From Rebecca billardiae RCC1528 (lineage: Eukaryota; Protista; Haptophyta), in NCBI GenBank assembly GCA_965240325.2, contig OZ251230.1, positions 1,116,001 to 1,180,000 of the forward strand: DNA of 64,000 bases, given 5' to 3'. Within the stretch, counting starts at the first letter, position 1; every line of letters begins with the position of its first letter. The notes under the pieces are model-generated. The model was not told the origin of the DNA. It ran no database searches and saw only the letters and a list, made by a program, of their open reading frames with translations. Below, one piece after another: positions 1 to 10,236 of the stretch. The position numbers and the translations under genes are program-made.

Positions 1-840
1 CCGCCGCGCAGGCATGCTCTCGTAGGAGGAGACGGCGGAGCTGCGCGCACAGATGGCCGCGCGCGGCTCTCGGTCGGACGGTCGGCGATCACGGGCGCGC
101 TGCCGGCCCGGCGCGCCGCTGAACGACGAGTAGGCCGCGCTGGAGGAGTACGTCCGCCGCCGCGCTCCGCCTGCGCGAGCAGCGCTCCGTCGCGCCCGAC
201 CCGCTGGCCGAGCAGCTGCGCAGCGACCGCGCCATCGCAGAGCAGCTGCAGCGCGAGGAGATGGCGGCACGCGCGGGCGGCGCGCCCGTGACGCTGCACT
301 CGGCCGAGGTCGACGAGGACGCGCAGATGGCGCTGGCGCTGCTGCTCGTGTGCGAGGCGTGCGACCAGGACACACGCGCGCTGCGCAACGCTGAGCGCCG
401 GATCCGTTTTCGGCGCCGTAAGGTACGCAAAGCGCTGGCAGCGGAGCGCACCGGGGCGGCGGCGCATGCGCGCACGCGGCGCGCTCGCGGTCGATGCGCG
501 GCAACTCCAACCGCCTCGGCAAGCGCAAGCAGCGGGACGAGGGCGGCGCCGCGGCGGCGGGTGCGATGAACAAATCGGACGAGCGCGCCAAGTCCCGACG
601 CCTCGCCAACGCCGCCAAGCTGTTCGAGGACATGGACGGCGACGAGATCGCGGCCGCGGCGCACGCGGCGGGCAAGCTGGACTGCCAACTTGCGACGCGT
701 CTCGCAGACTGCCACTGCCACTGGGCCTGGCGGCCCATTATAAATCTTCATACGACATTGAGCAGCCGAGCAGCCGACGGAGGGTGCACCGCGGGCCCCT
801 AACTGCGTTGGTTCTACGGAAGGACCGCGGAACGCGGTCA
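1..840 (+). mobile_element. Helitron2/Helentron-like non-autonomous element, 3' part (5' end outside window)
   Basis: Ends in TGCACCGCGGGCC (subterminal inverted repeat) followed by terminal hairpin GACCGCG-GAA-CGCGGTC-A; near-identical to the reverse complement of ~36602-37450. Confidence 0.8.
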
Positions 841-1020
841 TAATATTACTATTAACTGTAGGGGGATGATCCGACTAATAAGTAACTGACTCAGTAATTG
901 ATCGAACATAAAAGAGTAAGTAAGTAGCTAATATAGTATAACTCTTGGGCTATTAATGGGCAGGTCCGACACTACTGTGACAGGCTGTCTACAGTCCGAG
1001 TACCGCGGGACGGCGCGGTC

Positions 1021-2712
1021 GACAGGTTGCACAGGAAACTGTCCTTGGTGTTACATTTCTGAGAGACGGCGCCTCTGAAGGATGGCGCCCGCCCACTCGC
1101 CGCTCGTGGGTGGCGCGCGCCTCCGTGTCGATGCAGCCCCGCATCATGACTAGCTGAATGCGCGTGTCGTCAGGACTTGTCCGCGTGCGCTACATCCCTT
1201 GAGCTAGCACAGCCGGGACCCCCTCGCCGTCGGCAGTGACTGTCATCATCCCATCACACGTCGCGTGAGACGGCAAACAGCCACAGCAGCATCACCCTCT
1301 CGTCCAGGATCATCAGGCAGCTGGAGACAGTCCTCCCTTCGACGCGTCTCGGAGCGAGCGCACACGCCCAGCTCTATCTGCGTCACACCGCCCGCGCCAT
1401 CCGTCTCGAGCCCAACGCCCGTCACCACGCGCAGTATGGCAAACCGTCATGATCGGACCGAGCTCGTCGCCCGAGTGCAGCCTTCGCCCGCAATGCCGCG
1501 CGCGAGCATTCGTCGAGTTCGACAATAAGTCGTCAGCGACTTGTGGGCCGGCGGGGAGATCCACGCGTGGCATAGATACCATGTAGGTCGTCAGCTCCTG
1601 CTCGGTGTACGCACGCGCTCTGCATCTGAACACTTGATAGAAGCTCTCGATCATCACCATCGAGCTGTCTACGTGAGCCTGTGCGACCGTCTGCGCAACA
1701 CCTCACGCCTCACCCTTGATGCTGAGCTCACGCGAGACAAAGAAGGCTATGTAGGGCTCAACGGCATTTATACAGTGAGAGCGTCCTTGCCGCAGCGAGC
1801 GACAGCTTCCTTCGCCCGCTTCTTAGCACTCGCCCTGCTGTTCTTGGGCGTGAGTGAGGCGTGGTGCCTCGTCAGCCTGCTGAGCGGTTCTTGTCGATGC
1901 GTGTCACAGCGCGGAAGCAGGTGTGCGTTCGCGAGGCGTCGTGCGTGGATGCCGTTCTTCATGCTGACGACATAGATAGACTGCGTAGCGGCCGTCTCCT
2001 CATCCAAGAGCCTCGAGCATGCCACGACTCTGACACTTCAGCGCTCCGGCCGGCGCGCATGCGCACCATCAAGTGCAACCGAGCGGTTGAGAGGTAGCCG
2101 CCGCCAGCTTTTCGACCCTCACCAACACGCGCTGGATGAACATTGCAAGGTTGTCGCATACTATGAGTGTCGCGTGTCTCTTCCCGCGACTGTTGCTGCG
2201 CAACGTGATGTGCAAGACCAGTCGCGCGCGCGCTCCATCCAATACACGCACGGCTGATGAATGGACGTGGCCGAGCGCAAGCACGCACGCGCGAGTCGTA
2301 GGCTGCGAACGTCGTGTGCGGCCAGACTGCGACGTGCACGGCACGTATCCACCTTGCATTGCTACGCCTCTTCACACCGGGCCTGGGACTCTTCCAGGCT
2401 GAGACGGCCTGCTCTGCTGCCCTCTGTGACTCAGATGCCGCGCGAACGTGCCGCGCGGCTGCGCGATGTCGCGATTGGAGCTCAAGGGTGGTTGACTTTC
2501 GGTACATGCTACTCAAGCAGGAAGAGGCCGATCGAGGCGCGGAGTGGCGCGCTGCACCCGCAACAGCGGGCATCGTGCAGCGCGCGAGAGCGCGCGCCGC
2601 TTCCGGGCGCACGGCGACGGCGCCATGTACCGAAAGACGGGTGGACAGGTCGCGTCCACTGGGAATGTAACATCTGTCAGTCGCGGGCGGTCATTTTTCC
2701 GTGCAACCTGTC
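1021..2712. mobile_element. Non-autonomous TIR DNA transposon, copy 1 (1692 bp), 4-bp TSD
   Basis: Termini GACAGGTTGCAC...GTGCAACCTGTC (12-bp perfect TIR); flanked by GGTC/GGTC (1017-1020, 2713-2716); near-identical copy at 62052-63739; only broken ORFs inside. Confidence 0.92.
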
Positions 2713-3164
2713 GGTCCGAGTACCATGCTACCAGGCTAGGCATACCACTAGAGGCTCGGTCTGGTCCGAGCACTGCGGCGGCGACGCTCAGTACTCAGTA
2801 CCGTAGTCCCACTCCCCAGGGCGGCCCGCCGCAAGTCCAGGTCCGGCCTCCGGGGCCACGGTGGCCGCTTGCAGTGATCTGTGATTGATCGGACTCGTTA
2901 CTCGTAACGAAATAACGGTGCCGACGGCTGCCGCCGGGTGGCGGGTCGTCCGACGGCCGGCTCTGCAGCTGGGCTCTGGCCCCGCACTCCGCAGCCCAGG
3001 CCGTGGCAGACTGCAGAGTGCAGTCCGGAGACCGGACGGACTTCTCACTCTCAGACTGATGCCACAATTTGGGGCTCACTGGGACCTCCCGGCGGCGGCG
3101 CCGCCTAGCAGCATGCGCGCAGGCTGAGCTGCGCGGTGCTGCACTACGACTACCACTGACGCGC

Positions 3165-4976
3165 TCAGGTGCGGAGCGCCTTTTGCTGCTTGCGCCACGC
3201 TTGCACCGACATGTCGCCGATGGGTGCCAGGGGGGGCGGGTTGGCGCGCACCCATGCCGCGCGACTGCCCTCGTCCTGCCACATGAACGAGGACCCACCG
3301 GCCGACGGCCCTTCGGGCGGGCCGTGGCCATACAGCTCCCAGAGGGCCAGGTCGCACTTGGCAAAGGCGCGCTCGATTCGCGCGAGGCCGTCGCCGCTGG
3401 CCGCGGACGCAGGCCAGCGCCCATCGGCCGAGCAGAGCAGAGCGCCGACGTAGCTCTGGCCGACGCGCGAGGCGGCCCCCGAGTAGTGCAGCACACACCA
3501 GCTCAGGTCGTCGGCCGCGTCGACCGTCGTCCAGCTCTCGAGCGAGACGACGCCGTTGTCGAGGGTGGTGAGCGTCCACGCGCCCGCTGACGTGCCGTCC
3601 TCGCCGCTCACGTCGCTCTCGACGGCGCGCGGCGAGCAGCGGTAGTGCCGCTTGCACCAAACCAGCCGGCCGTCGACTGTCTCCACGAGGAAGACCGGGT
3701 CGTACCACAGCGCCGATGCGGACGACTCGGACGGGTAGAAGAGTTGGTGCTGCGGCGCCGCAGCCGGCCAGCAGGAGGCCACGCAGCGCCATTGGACGGC
3801 ATCAGCCCGCGCGCGCGCGCGCACACAAAGCACGGCGGGTGTGAGGCTGCCTGAGCACGCGCGCGCGCGCACGCGCGCGTTGCCGCCGGCGCGGCCGCGC
3901 GCGCGCACCTGGCAGGGGAACGCGTCGTACGCTGGATTCGCGCCGCACACGATGCGCCAAGACCACGGCTTCCGCTGGCTCGCCTCCACTTGCGCCTCGA
4001 GATGGTCGAGGTGGCCGATCAGGATCTGTCGCGCCGTCCGATCCGTGAGCTTCTCGCCGCGCCACCGGCGCATGAGCGGCACGCGCGGCCGCTCGAGGAT
4101 TTTGGAGTCGCAGTTGAAGCAGTTGTTCTGCTGCAGGATGCACAGCGAGAACTCCTCGATCAGATCGGTCTCGTACGAGACGATCACGCGGTACGAGCCC
4201 ACCTGGTCGCGGGAGTCGACGTCGTTGAGCGCGTCGATCGCGGCCTTGCTCACCGGGTCGGAGAGCGCGGCGAAGATCTGCGGCCCGCAGCACTTGACCA
4301 TCGAGGCGAACTCGCGCGCGTTGCGCAGCGCGCCCTTCTCCCAGGTCGGGTTGATCGAGTGCCGCACCAGATCGAGCTCGAGCACGTACGCGTGCAGCAC
4401 GAAGAAGAGGGCGTACAAGTAGTCCTCCGAGGATGCGCGCGAGAGCAGCCCGCGCGCTTGCTCGGCGAGGCGCGCGGCGCGCGCGTATCGGCCCCAGGGG
4501 ATCAGCTTGCGCCGGGTCGCGGCGAGCGTGCCGTCAGCGGCGCGCGTAGTCCACGTGTCCACGAAGGAGAGGGCTGCGACGTCCTCCGCGCACGCGTGGC
4601 ACAGCAGAGCGCGCGGCGGCGCACGCTCGACGATGCTGGCCACGCCACGCGCATCCGTCGAGCCGAGAGCGAGCACCACGTCGGCAGAGGGCGCTCCTTC
4701 GAGCTGGCCGTCGAATGCCACCCGCGCGTCCAGGCGCGCGTCGAAGTTGGGCATGCGCTCGGCCAGGTGCTCGGCGACACTGCGCCATGACGGCATCGGC
4801 CGCGGCGACGTGCGCCCAAAGTCTGAGCGCACATCTTCGTCTGGTGGCACGACGAAGAGCACGTGCGCGTCGGATGCGACGGGGCGGCGAGCGACTGCCG
4901 TGGCCCTCGGCACGCGCGCGAGCAGCTGGGGCCGGTGCAGTGCGAGGGTCCACGCGATGATGGCGCCGCCGACCAT
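3165..4976 (-). CDS. VDR: Violaxanthin de-epoxidase-related protein (Cys-rich + lipocalin-like), 2 exons (4976-3909, 3749-3165), ~550 aa
   Basis: Motifs DQVGSYRVIVSYE, FSLCILQQNNC, GANPAYDAFPCQ|HQLFY, WYDPVFLVETVDG, LDNGVVSLESW, YSGAASRVGQSYVGA; GT-AG intron 3908-3750; hydrophobic N-terminus from ATG 4976. Confidence 0.85.
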   Translation of the reverse strand: MVGGAIIAWTLALHRPQLLARVPRATAVARRPVASDAHVLFVVPPDEDVRSDFGRTSPRPMPSWRSVAEHLAERMPNFDARLDARVAFDGQLEGAPSADVVLALGSTDARGVASIVERAPPRALLCHACAEDVAALSFVDTWTTRAADGTLAATRRKLIPWGRYARAARLAEQARGLLSRASSEDYLYALFFVLHAYVLELDLVRHSINPTWEKGALRNAREFASMVKCCGPQIFAALSDPVSKAAIDALNDVDSRDQVGSYRVIVSYETDLIEEFSLCILQQNNCFNCDSKILERPRVPLMRRWRGEKLTDRTARQILIGHLDHLEAQVEASQRKPWSWRIVCGANPAYDAFPCQVRARGRAGGNARVRARACSGSLTPAVLCVRARARADAVQWRCVASCWPAAAPQHQLFYPSESSASALWYDPVFLVETVDGRLVWCKRHYRCSPRAVESDVSGEDGTSAGAWTLTTLDNGVVSLESWTTVDAADDLSWCVLHYSGAASRVGQSYVGALLCSADGRWPASAASGDGLARIERAFAKCDLALWELYGHGPPEGPSAGGSSFMWQDEGSRAAWVRANPPPLAPIGDMSVQAWRKQQKALRT

Positions 4977-5860
4977 CTCCGCAGCGGGCGGCTGTCGGCC
5001 GGGTTCTTTGGTCCGTCGGTCCCGGACCGTAGAGCTACCGCCCCGGCCGGGCCCGCGAATCACGCATGGAGACTCGCCTTCGGCCTCGCCGTCGCGGGCG
5101 ATGACTTGGACGACGAGGAGGAGCCGCAGCAGCGGGTGAAGCGCTCCCTGGACGCCGCAGCACCGCATGCTGCCACCGGCCCGCCGCTGGATCGAGCGGC
5201 AAGTGCGCACGCCGCGGCCGCCGCGGGGGGGGGCACGGCAGGTTCGGACCGGTTGTCGGTTGAGGAAGTGGACTCATAGCTAGAACAGACTATGGACTGA
5301 TGGTCTGACAATGCCATGATCATGCTTATACCGGGGGTATGACGATGAAATGATGTGAGAAAGTCACTACTCTATAGCAGTCTATGTAGTCGTCAGACAT
5401 GAGACAAGCAGCTCTGAGCGACGACTGTTAACCAGCAGGGCCCGGCAGTGTAATTGAGTCGAGCGTTGAGTCAACTCAACAGGAAAGAAGGAATCAGCCC
5501 GATCAGGATCACATTCACATTCGGCGTGAATCGCGGCCGCACCCTGTCCCTGACGCAGCTATGCCGCATACTGAAATTACTGTAGTGATGATGAGCGAGT
5601 CGTATGCAGCTTGAGCTATGTCCGACGATGCTCATGCTGCCGTGACCGTGACAGACATTCAGTATTAATAATTAGACTTAGTGCAGCAGCGGGACGGGCG
5701 GCCGAGACTGAGTCTGAGACAGACTGAGAGGCGACGGAGTGCCTGTCACTGTCAGTGCCCACCTCACTCGAGCGGCCAGGCAGAGGCAGGCACGACTACT
5801 GTATTATCACATTCACTCAGCAGCAAGCTGACTCTCAGATGACATGCAGAATATCATTCA

Positions 5861-8329
5861 TCAGAGCGCAGCCTGAGCCATGCCGCGAATCGCGATGCGT
5901 GCTGCCGTACTGGGGAGCACTCGCGCATGGTCTTGCGCGCTCACGCCACCCACGTCCGCAAACAAGTATGCAGAGTCTGACGACGCCGTCGCTGACCATA
6001 GGCGCCCACTGCCACTGGCCGACGAGCCGTTCCGGCTCTGCTTGCGACGTGGGCGGCGCCCACCGTCGTCTGCGTGGCTGTCAGAGTCTGGCCCCTGCGA
6101 GGCCTGCTGCCGCCGCTGCCGCCGCGCGCCGCCGATAGGGGTGCGTGCCCGCGCCGCGCTGCCCGTCGGAGCCACCGTGGCAGCCTCGAGCCGTGGTGAA
6201 CTGCCGTGGCGAGCGGGCGTGCTGAAGAGGCCACGCTCCGCCGGCTGCTGCTCGCTGCGGTGCCTGGAGCGATCGCGCCCACTGCGGCGCCCGCGCGCAG
6301 CACGCGGGCTGTCGCTGCCGTCGCCTCCCGACGGACTGTGAGAGCCGTCGCCCGTCGCTCCCGGGACGGGAGTGGCGTGCGGCCAGGGGTGCGACGCGAT
6401 GCGCGCCTCGCGTCGCCGCGCCGCGGCGCCACGCGCGCCCGCCCACGCCCCGAACGCCGCGCGCAGCAGCCGAGCCCACGCCCGCAGCAGCAGGGCCACT
6501 GCCGAGCGCGAGCGCGCCACAAGCCGCAGCCACGCGTCGAAGTGCCGGGCACGGACGCGCGCCGCGTGCCGTCGCGCAGCCGCGGCCGTGGCGTGCGCGT
6601 GGGCGCGCGCCGTGGCCGGGCGAGAGACCAAGCGAGTGAGCGCTGCGCGCGCTCGGCGCCGGAGCCGACGCAACGCCGCTCGCAGCACAGGCACCGCGCA
6701 CGCACGTCGCCAGCGCGCGAGGGCGCGCGAGCGCCGCCGCGCCGCCAGCGCAGCTTGCGCCCGCAGCAGCCGCAGCGCAGCGATCGCCGCCCGCGCGAGT
6801 GAGCGCAGCCCGCGAGAGAGGCCTGCACGCGCGTGTGCGACCGCAGCGAGGCGCGAGGACGCCGGTCCAGCCGTGTGCGGCACGCTGGCGCGGCTGAGCG
6901 CGCGCGCGACCCGCCGCCGCCAGCGCCGCAGCGCGCCCGCGCGCCGGCCGCCGGCGCGCGCGGTGAGCGCGTGACGCGTGTCCCACGCTGCCGCGCGCCG
7001 CGCCCACTTCCGTGCGCCGCGGCGCAGGAGGAAGCGACGTCGCGCGAGGTGCGCCATGCGCGCGCTCGCGCTCGCGGCCGCTTCGCCGATCAGCCGATTG
7101 AGCGCTCGGCGCATGCGCGCGCGCGCGATTGTGCATGCGGCCGCCTCCGTGACAGCTGTCACGTCCGCGCGCGCCGCGGCCGCAGTTCGGCGCCAGGCAC
7201 GCAGGGGCCCGGCGGCCGTGTGCCGCAGCGCGGCTGCGCGCGAGGCCGCTGCGGCTTGCGCGGCGTGAGCCACGCGCATCTCCCCCGCGCCGGCGGCCTC
7301 CGCCCAGAGGAGCGCCGCCGCCGCGAACGCACCGCCGCGCGCCGAGCCCACGGCAGTTGAGATCACCAGCCAGGCGGTGCGCCGGCGCCGTGCGGCGCGG
7401 TGCGCACGCAAGCGCGAGAGCGCGCGATGCAGCGCGCTGCGCGTGCGCTGCGCGTCGGCGGCCACGTCCGCAGCCGCCGCCTCGTGCCGCAGCACGCTGC
7501 CGTGCGCACGCCTCCACGCGCGCCACCGCGCAGCCGCCCGAGCCCACGCGAGCGCGCGAGCGTGCCGCGCCGCGCGTGCCGCGCCGAGCCATGCGCGCGT
7601 GTGCCGGCGGAGCTTGGACTGCAGCCACAGGGAGCGCGCCGCCGTAGCGATCAGGGCGTCCCCCGCGCGGCACGCCTCCTCCTCCGCGGCCGTGCCCTCC
7701 GCCTCGAGCGCGGCTCGTCGCGCGCGCGCCTCCGCCTCCGCAGCGCTCTGACGCGCCGCGACGCGCGCTGGTGCGTGCGACTGCCTGCGCTGCAGCGCGC
7801 TCGTGCGAGCCAGGGCGGGCGAGGAGCGGGGCGTCGCGGCGGGCGGGGCCTTCTCAGGCCGTACGCGGGATGGCGACTCGCCGCCGAGCGAGAACCGCCG
7901 GCGCTGGTGCTCCGCCGACGCCCTGCCGACGTGCACGGTCTGCGTGCGCGCGGTGCTCGGCGCGAACGGACGGCTAGGCTCGCTGCCGAGCACGCCGCCG
8001 ATGCACGACCAGACAATCCGCGAGGGCACGGCGGCCACCATCTCCGCGTGTGAGCATGCCACTGCACGTGGCTTCGGCTCCGCCCGGCCGCTCACGGGCG
8101 GCAGCTCGCGCCAGGTGTCGCGGCTCCACTGCCGAAGCACAGCCGCATACAGCTGGCCGTCGTCGTGCCCACCGTCCTCACGGCGCGACGCATCGAGGGC
8201 GGCGAGCACGTCGCCCAGAGTTACGCGTTCTGGCTCACCGCCACGCTGTCTTACAGCGCGCGCGTACACGTCGGCCACCAGCGCCGACGTGTTTGAGTGG
8301 CGCAGCCAGTTCACCTCGGCTGTCGTCAT
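5861..8329 (-). CDS. Ala/Arg-rich helical protein with Sfi1-like Trp repeats (putative centrin-binding)
   Basis: Long ORF with recurring LxxW/FxxW motifs (LRAWRR, LRRWRR, LARWRR, HFDAWL, AFGAWA); first plausible ATG at 8329; 3' end and possible introns uncertain. Confidence 0.5.
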   Translation of the reverse strand: MTTAEVNWLRHSNTSALVADVYARAVRQRGGEPERVTLGDVLAALDASRREDGGHDDGQLYAAVLRQWSRDTWRELPPVSGRAEPKPRAVACSHAEMVAAVPSRIVWSCIGGVLGSEPSRPFAPSTARTQTVHVGRASAEHQRRRFSLGGESPSRVRPEKAPPAATPRSSPALARTSALQRRQSHAPARVAARQSAAEAEARARRAALEAEGTAAEEEACRAGDALIATAARSLWLQSKLRRHTRAWLGAARAARHARALAWARAAARWRAWRRAHGSVLRHEAAAADVAADAQRTRSALHRALSRLRAHRAARRRRTAWLVISTAVGSARGGAFAAAALLWAEAAGAGEMRVAHAAQAAAASRAAALRHTAAGPLRAWRRTAAAARADVTAVTEAAACTIARARMRRALNRLIGEAAASASARMAHLARRRFLLRRGARKWARRAAAWDTRHALTARAGGRRAGALRRWRRRVARALSRASVPHTAGPASSRLAAVAHARAGLSRGLRSLARAAIAALRLLRAQAALAARRRSRALARWRRACAVPVLRAALRRLRRRARAALTRLVSRPATARAHAHATAAAARRHAARVRARHFDAWLRLVARSRSAVALLLRAWARLLRAAFGAWAGARGAAARRREARIASHPWPHATPVPGATGDGSHSPSGGDGSDSPRAARGRRSGRDRSRHRSEQQPAERGLFSTPARHGSSPRLEAATVAPTGSAARARTPIGGARRQRRQQASQGPDSDSHADDGGRRPRRKQSRNGSSASGSGRLWSATASSDSAYLFADVGGVSAQDHARVLPSTAARIAIRGMAQAAL

Positions 8330-8473
8330 GTTGACGCTACCGCCCTTGACGCCATCTTGAAATCGCAAGCCACCGTTTGAGCCTTGACAGTGAGGCTTGG
8401 AGCCCTCGGCCTCAGTCCGGTAGACCTCTCGATCGCCGGTCAGCTTCCAGGAATCGGAAGTTGGAAAGTGCCA

Positions 8474-9841
8474 ATGGCGGCGCCCGAAGTCGCGTCATCG
8501 CGATTGCGAGCGCTCAGCGTGGTGCTCGCCGTGGTGGGCGTGGCAGGACAGGCCCTCCCGGAGGGGGCCAAGCCGGCACGCACGTTCGAGCAGGTCGCGC
8601 CCACCCGCCTCGGCGCGGAGGAGTGCTGGACGAAGCGGCAGTTTGAAAAGGAAGCTTACGAGAATCTGCGCATGGAGCTCGTCGGCTGCGAGACGGCTCG
8701 CAAGGCGGCGACGGAGTCCATCGGCTCGGGGCCGTGCGTGCGGGCGCCGTCGCCTTCTCCGCCACCGACCACGCCTGCGCCGAGCGGCGGCGGTGGCTTC
8801 TGCTCCTTCATCGGCTGCGCGTCGAGGCAAGACGTCGCAGGTTCGTCGCCGGCCGCGCAGGCCGCGCCGGGCGGGGCGGCGGGCGGCTCGGGGAACCCGT
8901 CGGTCGCGCGCGCGGGGAATGACGTGCGCCCGTCCACAACGAACGCGCCGGTGCGCGACAAGCGCACCGGCCTGTGCACGTGGCAGGCCCTCTCGAACGT
9001 GCCGACCGGGCGCTGGGTCTCAGCGGCGGAGGCGCGGCAGTACATGGGCGACAGCGCGCCGCACGAGACGTACCCGCCTTACGAGAGCAAGCACGGCGCG
9101 TGCGTGCAGAAGAAGAACTGGTACCGCTGCCCCAACTTCGACCACACGAAGCAGTGGCTGCCCGACCTCGTGCGCGAGCGCCGCTGCGCGATGACCTACC
9201 TGACGCCGCCGTCGCTGCTCAACATCACGCGCCGGCCGCTGCGCGTGCTGCTGCACGGCGACTCGCTCTTCAAGGGGCTGTACAAGGCGTTCGTGTGCCA
9301 GTGGTCGCGGTACGTGGAGTCGGAGTTCCACCGCGACTTCCGCTCGAAGGGCAACGCGGAGGGCTGGATCTCGCGCTACCACGGCGGGCTCGAGCTGCAG
9401 TACGTGTACCGGGACGGCGGGTTTGGCCACCTGGGCGAGATCCTCGAGAAGGAGCCCAACATCAAGTTCAGGGACATGGACGAGTTCGACGTGCTCGTGA
9501 CCAACTTCGGCAACCTGAGCCTGTACCACGAGATGGCGCAGCTGCGCGGGTACAACGGCATGATCGTGCACGCGAGCCACGGCTGCGCGAGGTGCAACAA
9601 GGGCTCGACCGACCGGTGCCACTATGGCACGCTCACCTCGCAGGCCGCGCGCCGCACCCTCGGCTACATCACGCTCGACCTGTGCGCGCTCACGCTGCCG
9701 CAGCACAACTACAACGCCATGTGGGCGCCGGGCGGGAAGCCGATGAACAAGGGGGATCCGCACCTATGCTCCCCCGGGCCGGACAACCAGTTGATGAACA
9801 TCCTGGTGCACATGCTCGCGTCTTATTTCCGGTACACATGA
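8474..9841 (+). CDS. Secretory-pathway SGNH / PC-esterase (TBL-like) O-acyltransferase/esterase, ~455 aa
   Basis: N-terminal hydrophobic segment, Pro/Ala linker, VLLHGDS and C-terminal GDPHLCSPGP (His + CxPG as in the TBL catalytic motif); strong GC3 bias. Confidence 0.7.
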   Translation: MAAPEVASSRLRALSVVLAVVGVAGQALPEGAKPARTFEQVAPTRLGAEECWTKRQFEKEAYENLRMELVGCETARKAATESIGSGPCVRAPSPSPPPTTPAPSGGGGFCSFIGCASRQDVAGSSPAAQAAPGGAAGGSGNPSVARAGNDVRPSTTNAPVRDKRTGLCTWQALSNVPTGRWVSAAEARQYMGDSAPHETYPPYESKHGACVQKKNWYRCPNFDHTKQWLPDLVRERRCAMTYLTPPSLLNITRRPLRVLLHGDSLFKGLYKAFVCQWSRYVESEFHRDFRSKGNAEGWISRYHGGLELQYVYRDGGFGHLGEILEKEPNIKFRDMDEFDVLVTNFGNLSLYHEMAQLRGYNGMIVHASHGCARCNKGSTDRCHYGTLTSQAARRTLGYITLDLCALTLPQHNYNAMWAPGGKPMNKGDPHLCSPGPDNQLMNILVHMLASYFRYT

Positions 9842-9968
9842 GTCACTCACTTCACACCGTTGATGAGTGATGTCGATGATCACTAGACTGATGACCTGAT
9901 CCTGCTGGGCCGCCTGGGGGTGCGGCCGTGATCAGAGATTATTCAGAGTCGTCGTTGATTGTTGCCGT

Positions 9969-10026
9969 TGGCCCGCGGTGCAGGTCGCGGAGCGCGCAGC
10001 GTGAAGCCCGCACTGCGGGCTCCGAG
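9969..10026 (+). mobile_element. Diverged orphan 5' terminus of the Helitron2-like family
   Basis: TGGCCCGCGGTGCAGGtcGCGGAGCGCGCAGCGTGaAGCCCGCAC matches the family 5' end at 49316 and 60165; no partner 3' end recognised. Confidence 0.6.
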
Positions 10027-10236
10027 ACGGTTAGGGCCCGCAGCGTACAGACAGTACCGTCGCCTGCTCGGTTTCCGTCTTCCGTGGGAGACCCCGGGAA
10101 GGCATGACGTCAACGAGGGGGGTGCGTGGTGAAGTCGGAGACTCGGAATCGGCAGCCCGATGCCGGCGCTCGCTCGAACGAAAGCTCGTCGTGATGGCCG
10201 CCGGGAGATCATCACGATGAGCCACGCTTCACGGCT

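Noticed and set aside
4863-5279. ORF ending VEEVDS divergent from VDR (Hsp70/90-like tail)
   Set aside because: No in-frame ATG, EEVD is not terminal, and no chaperone domain is present
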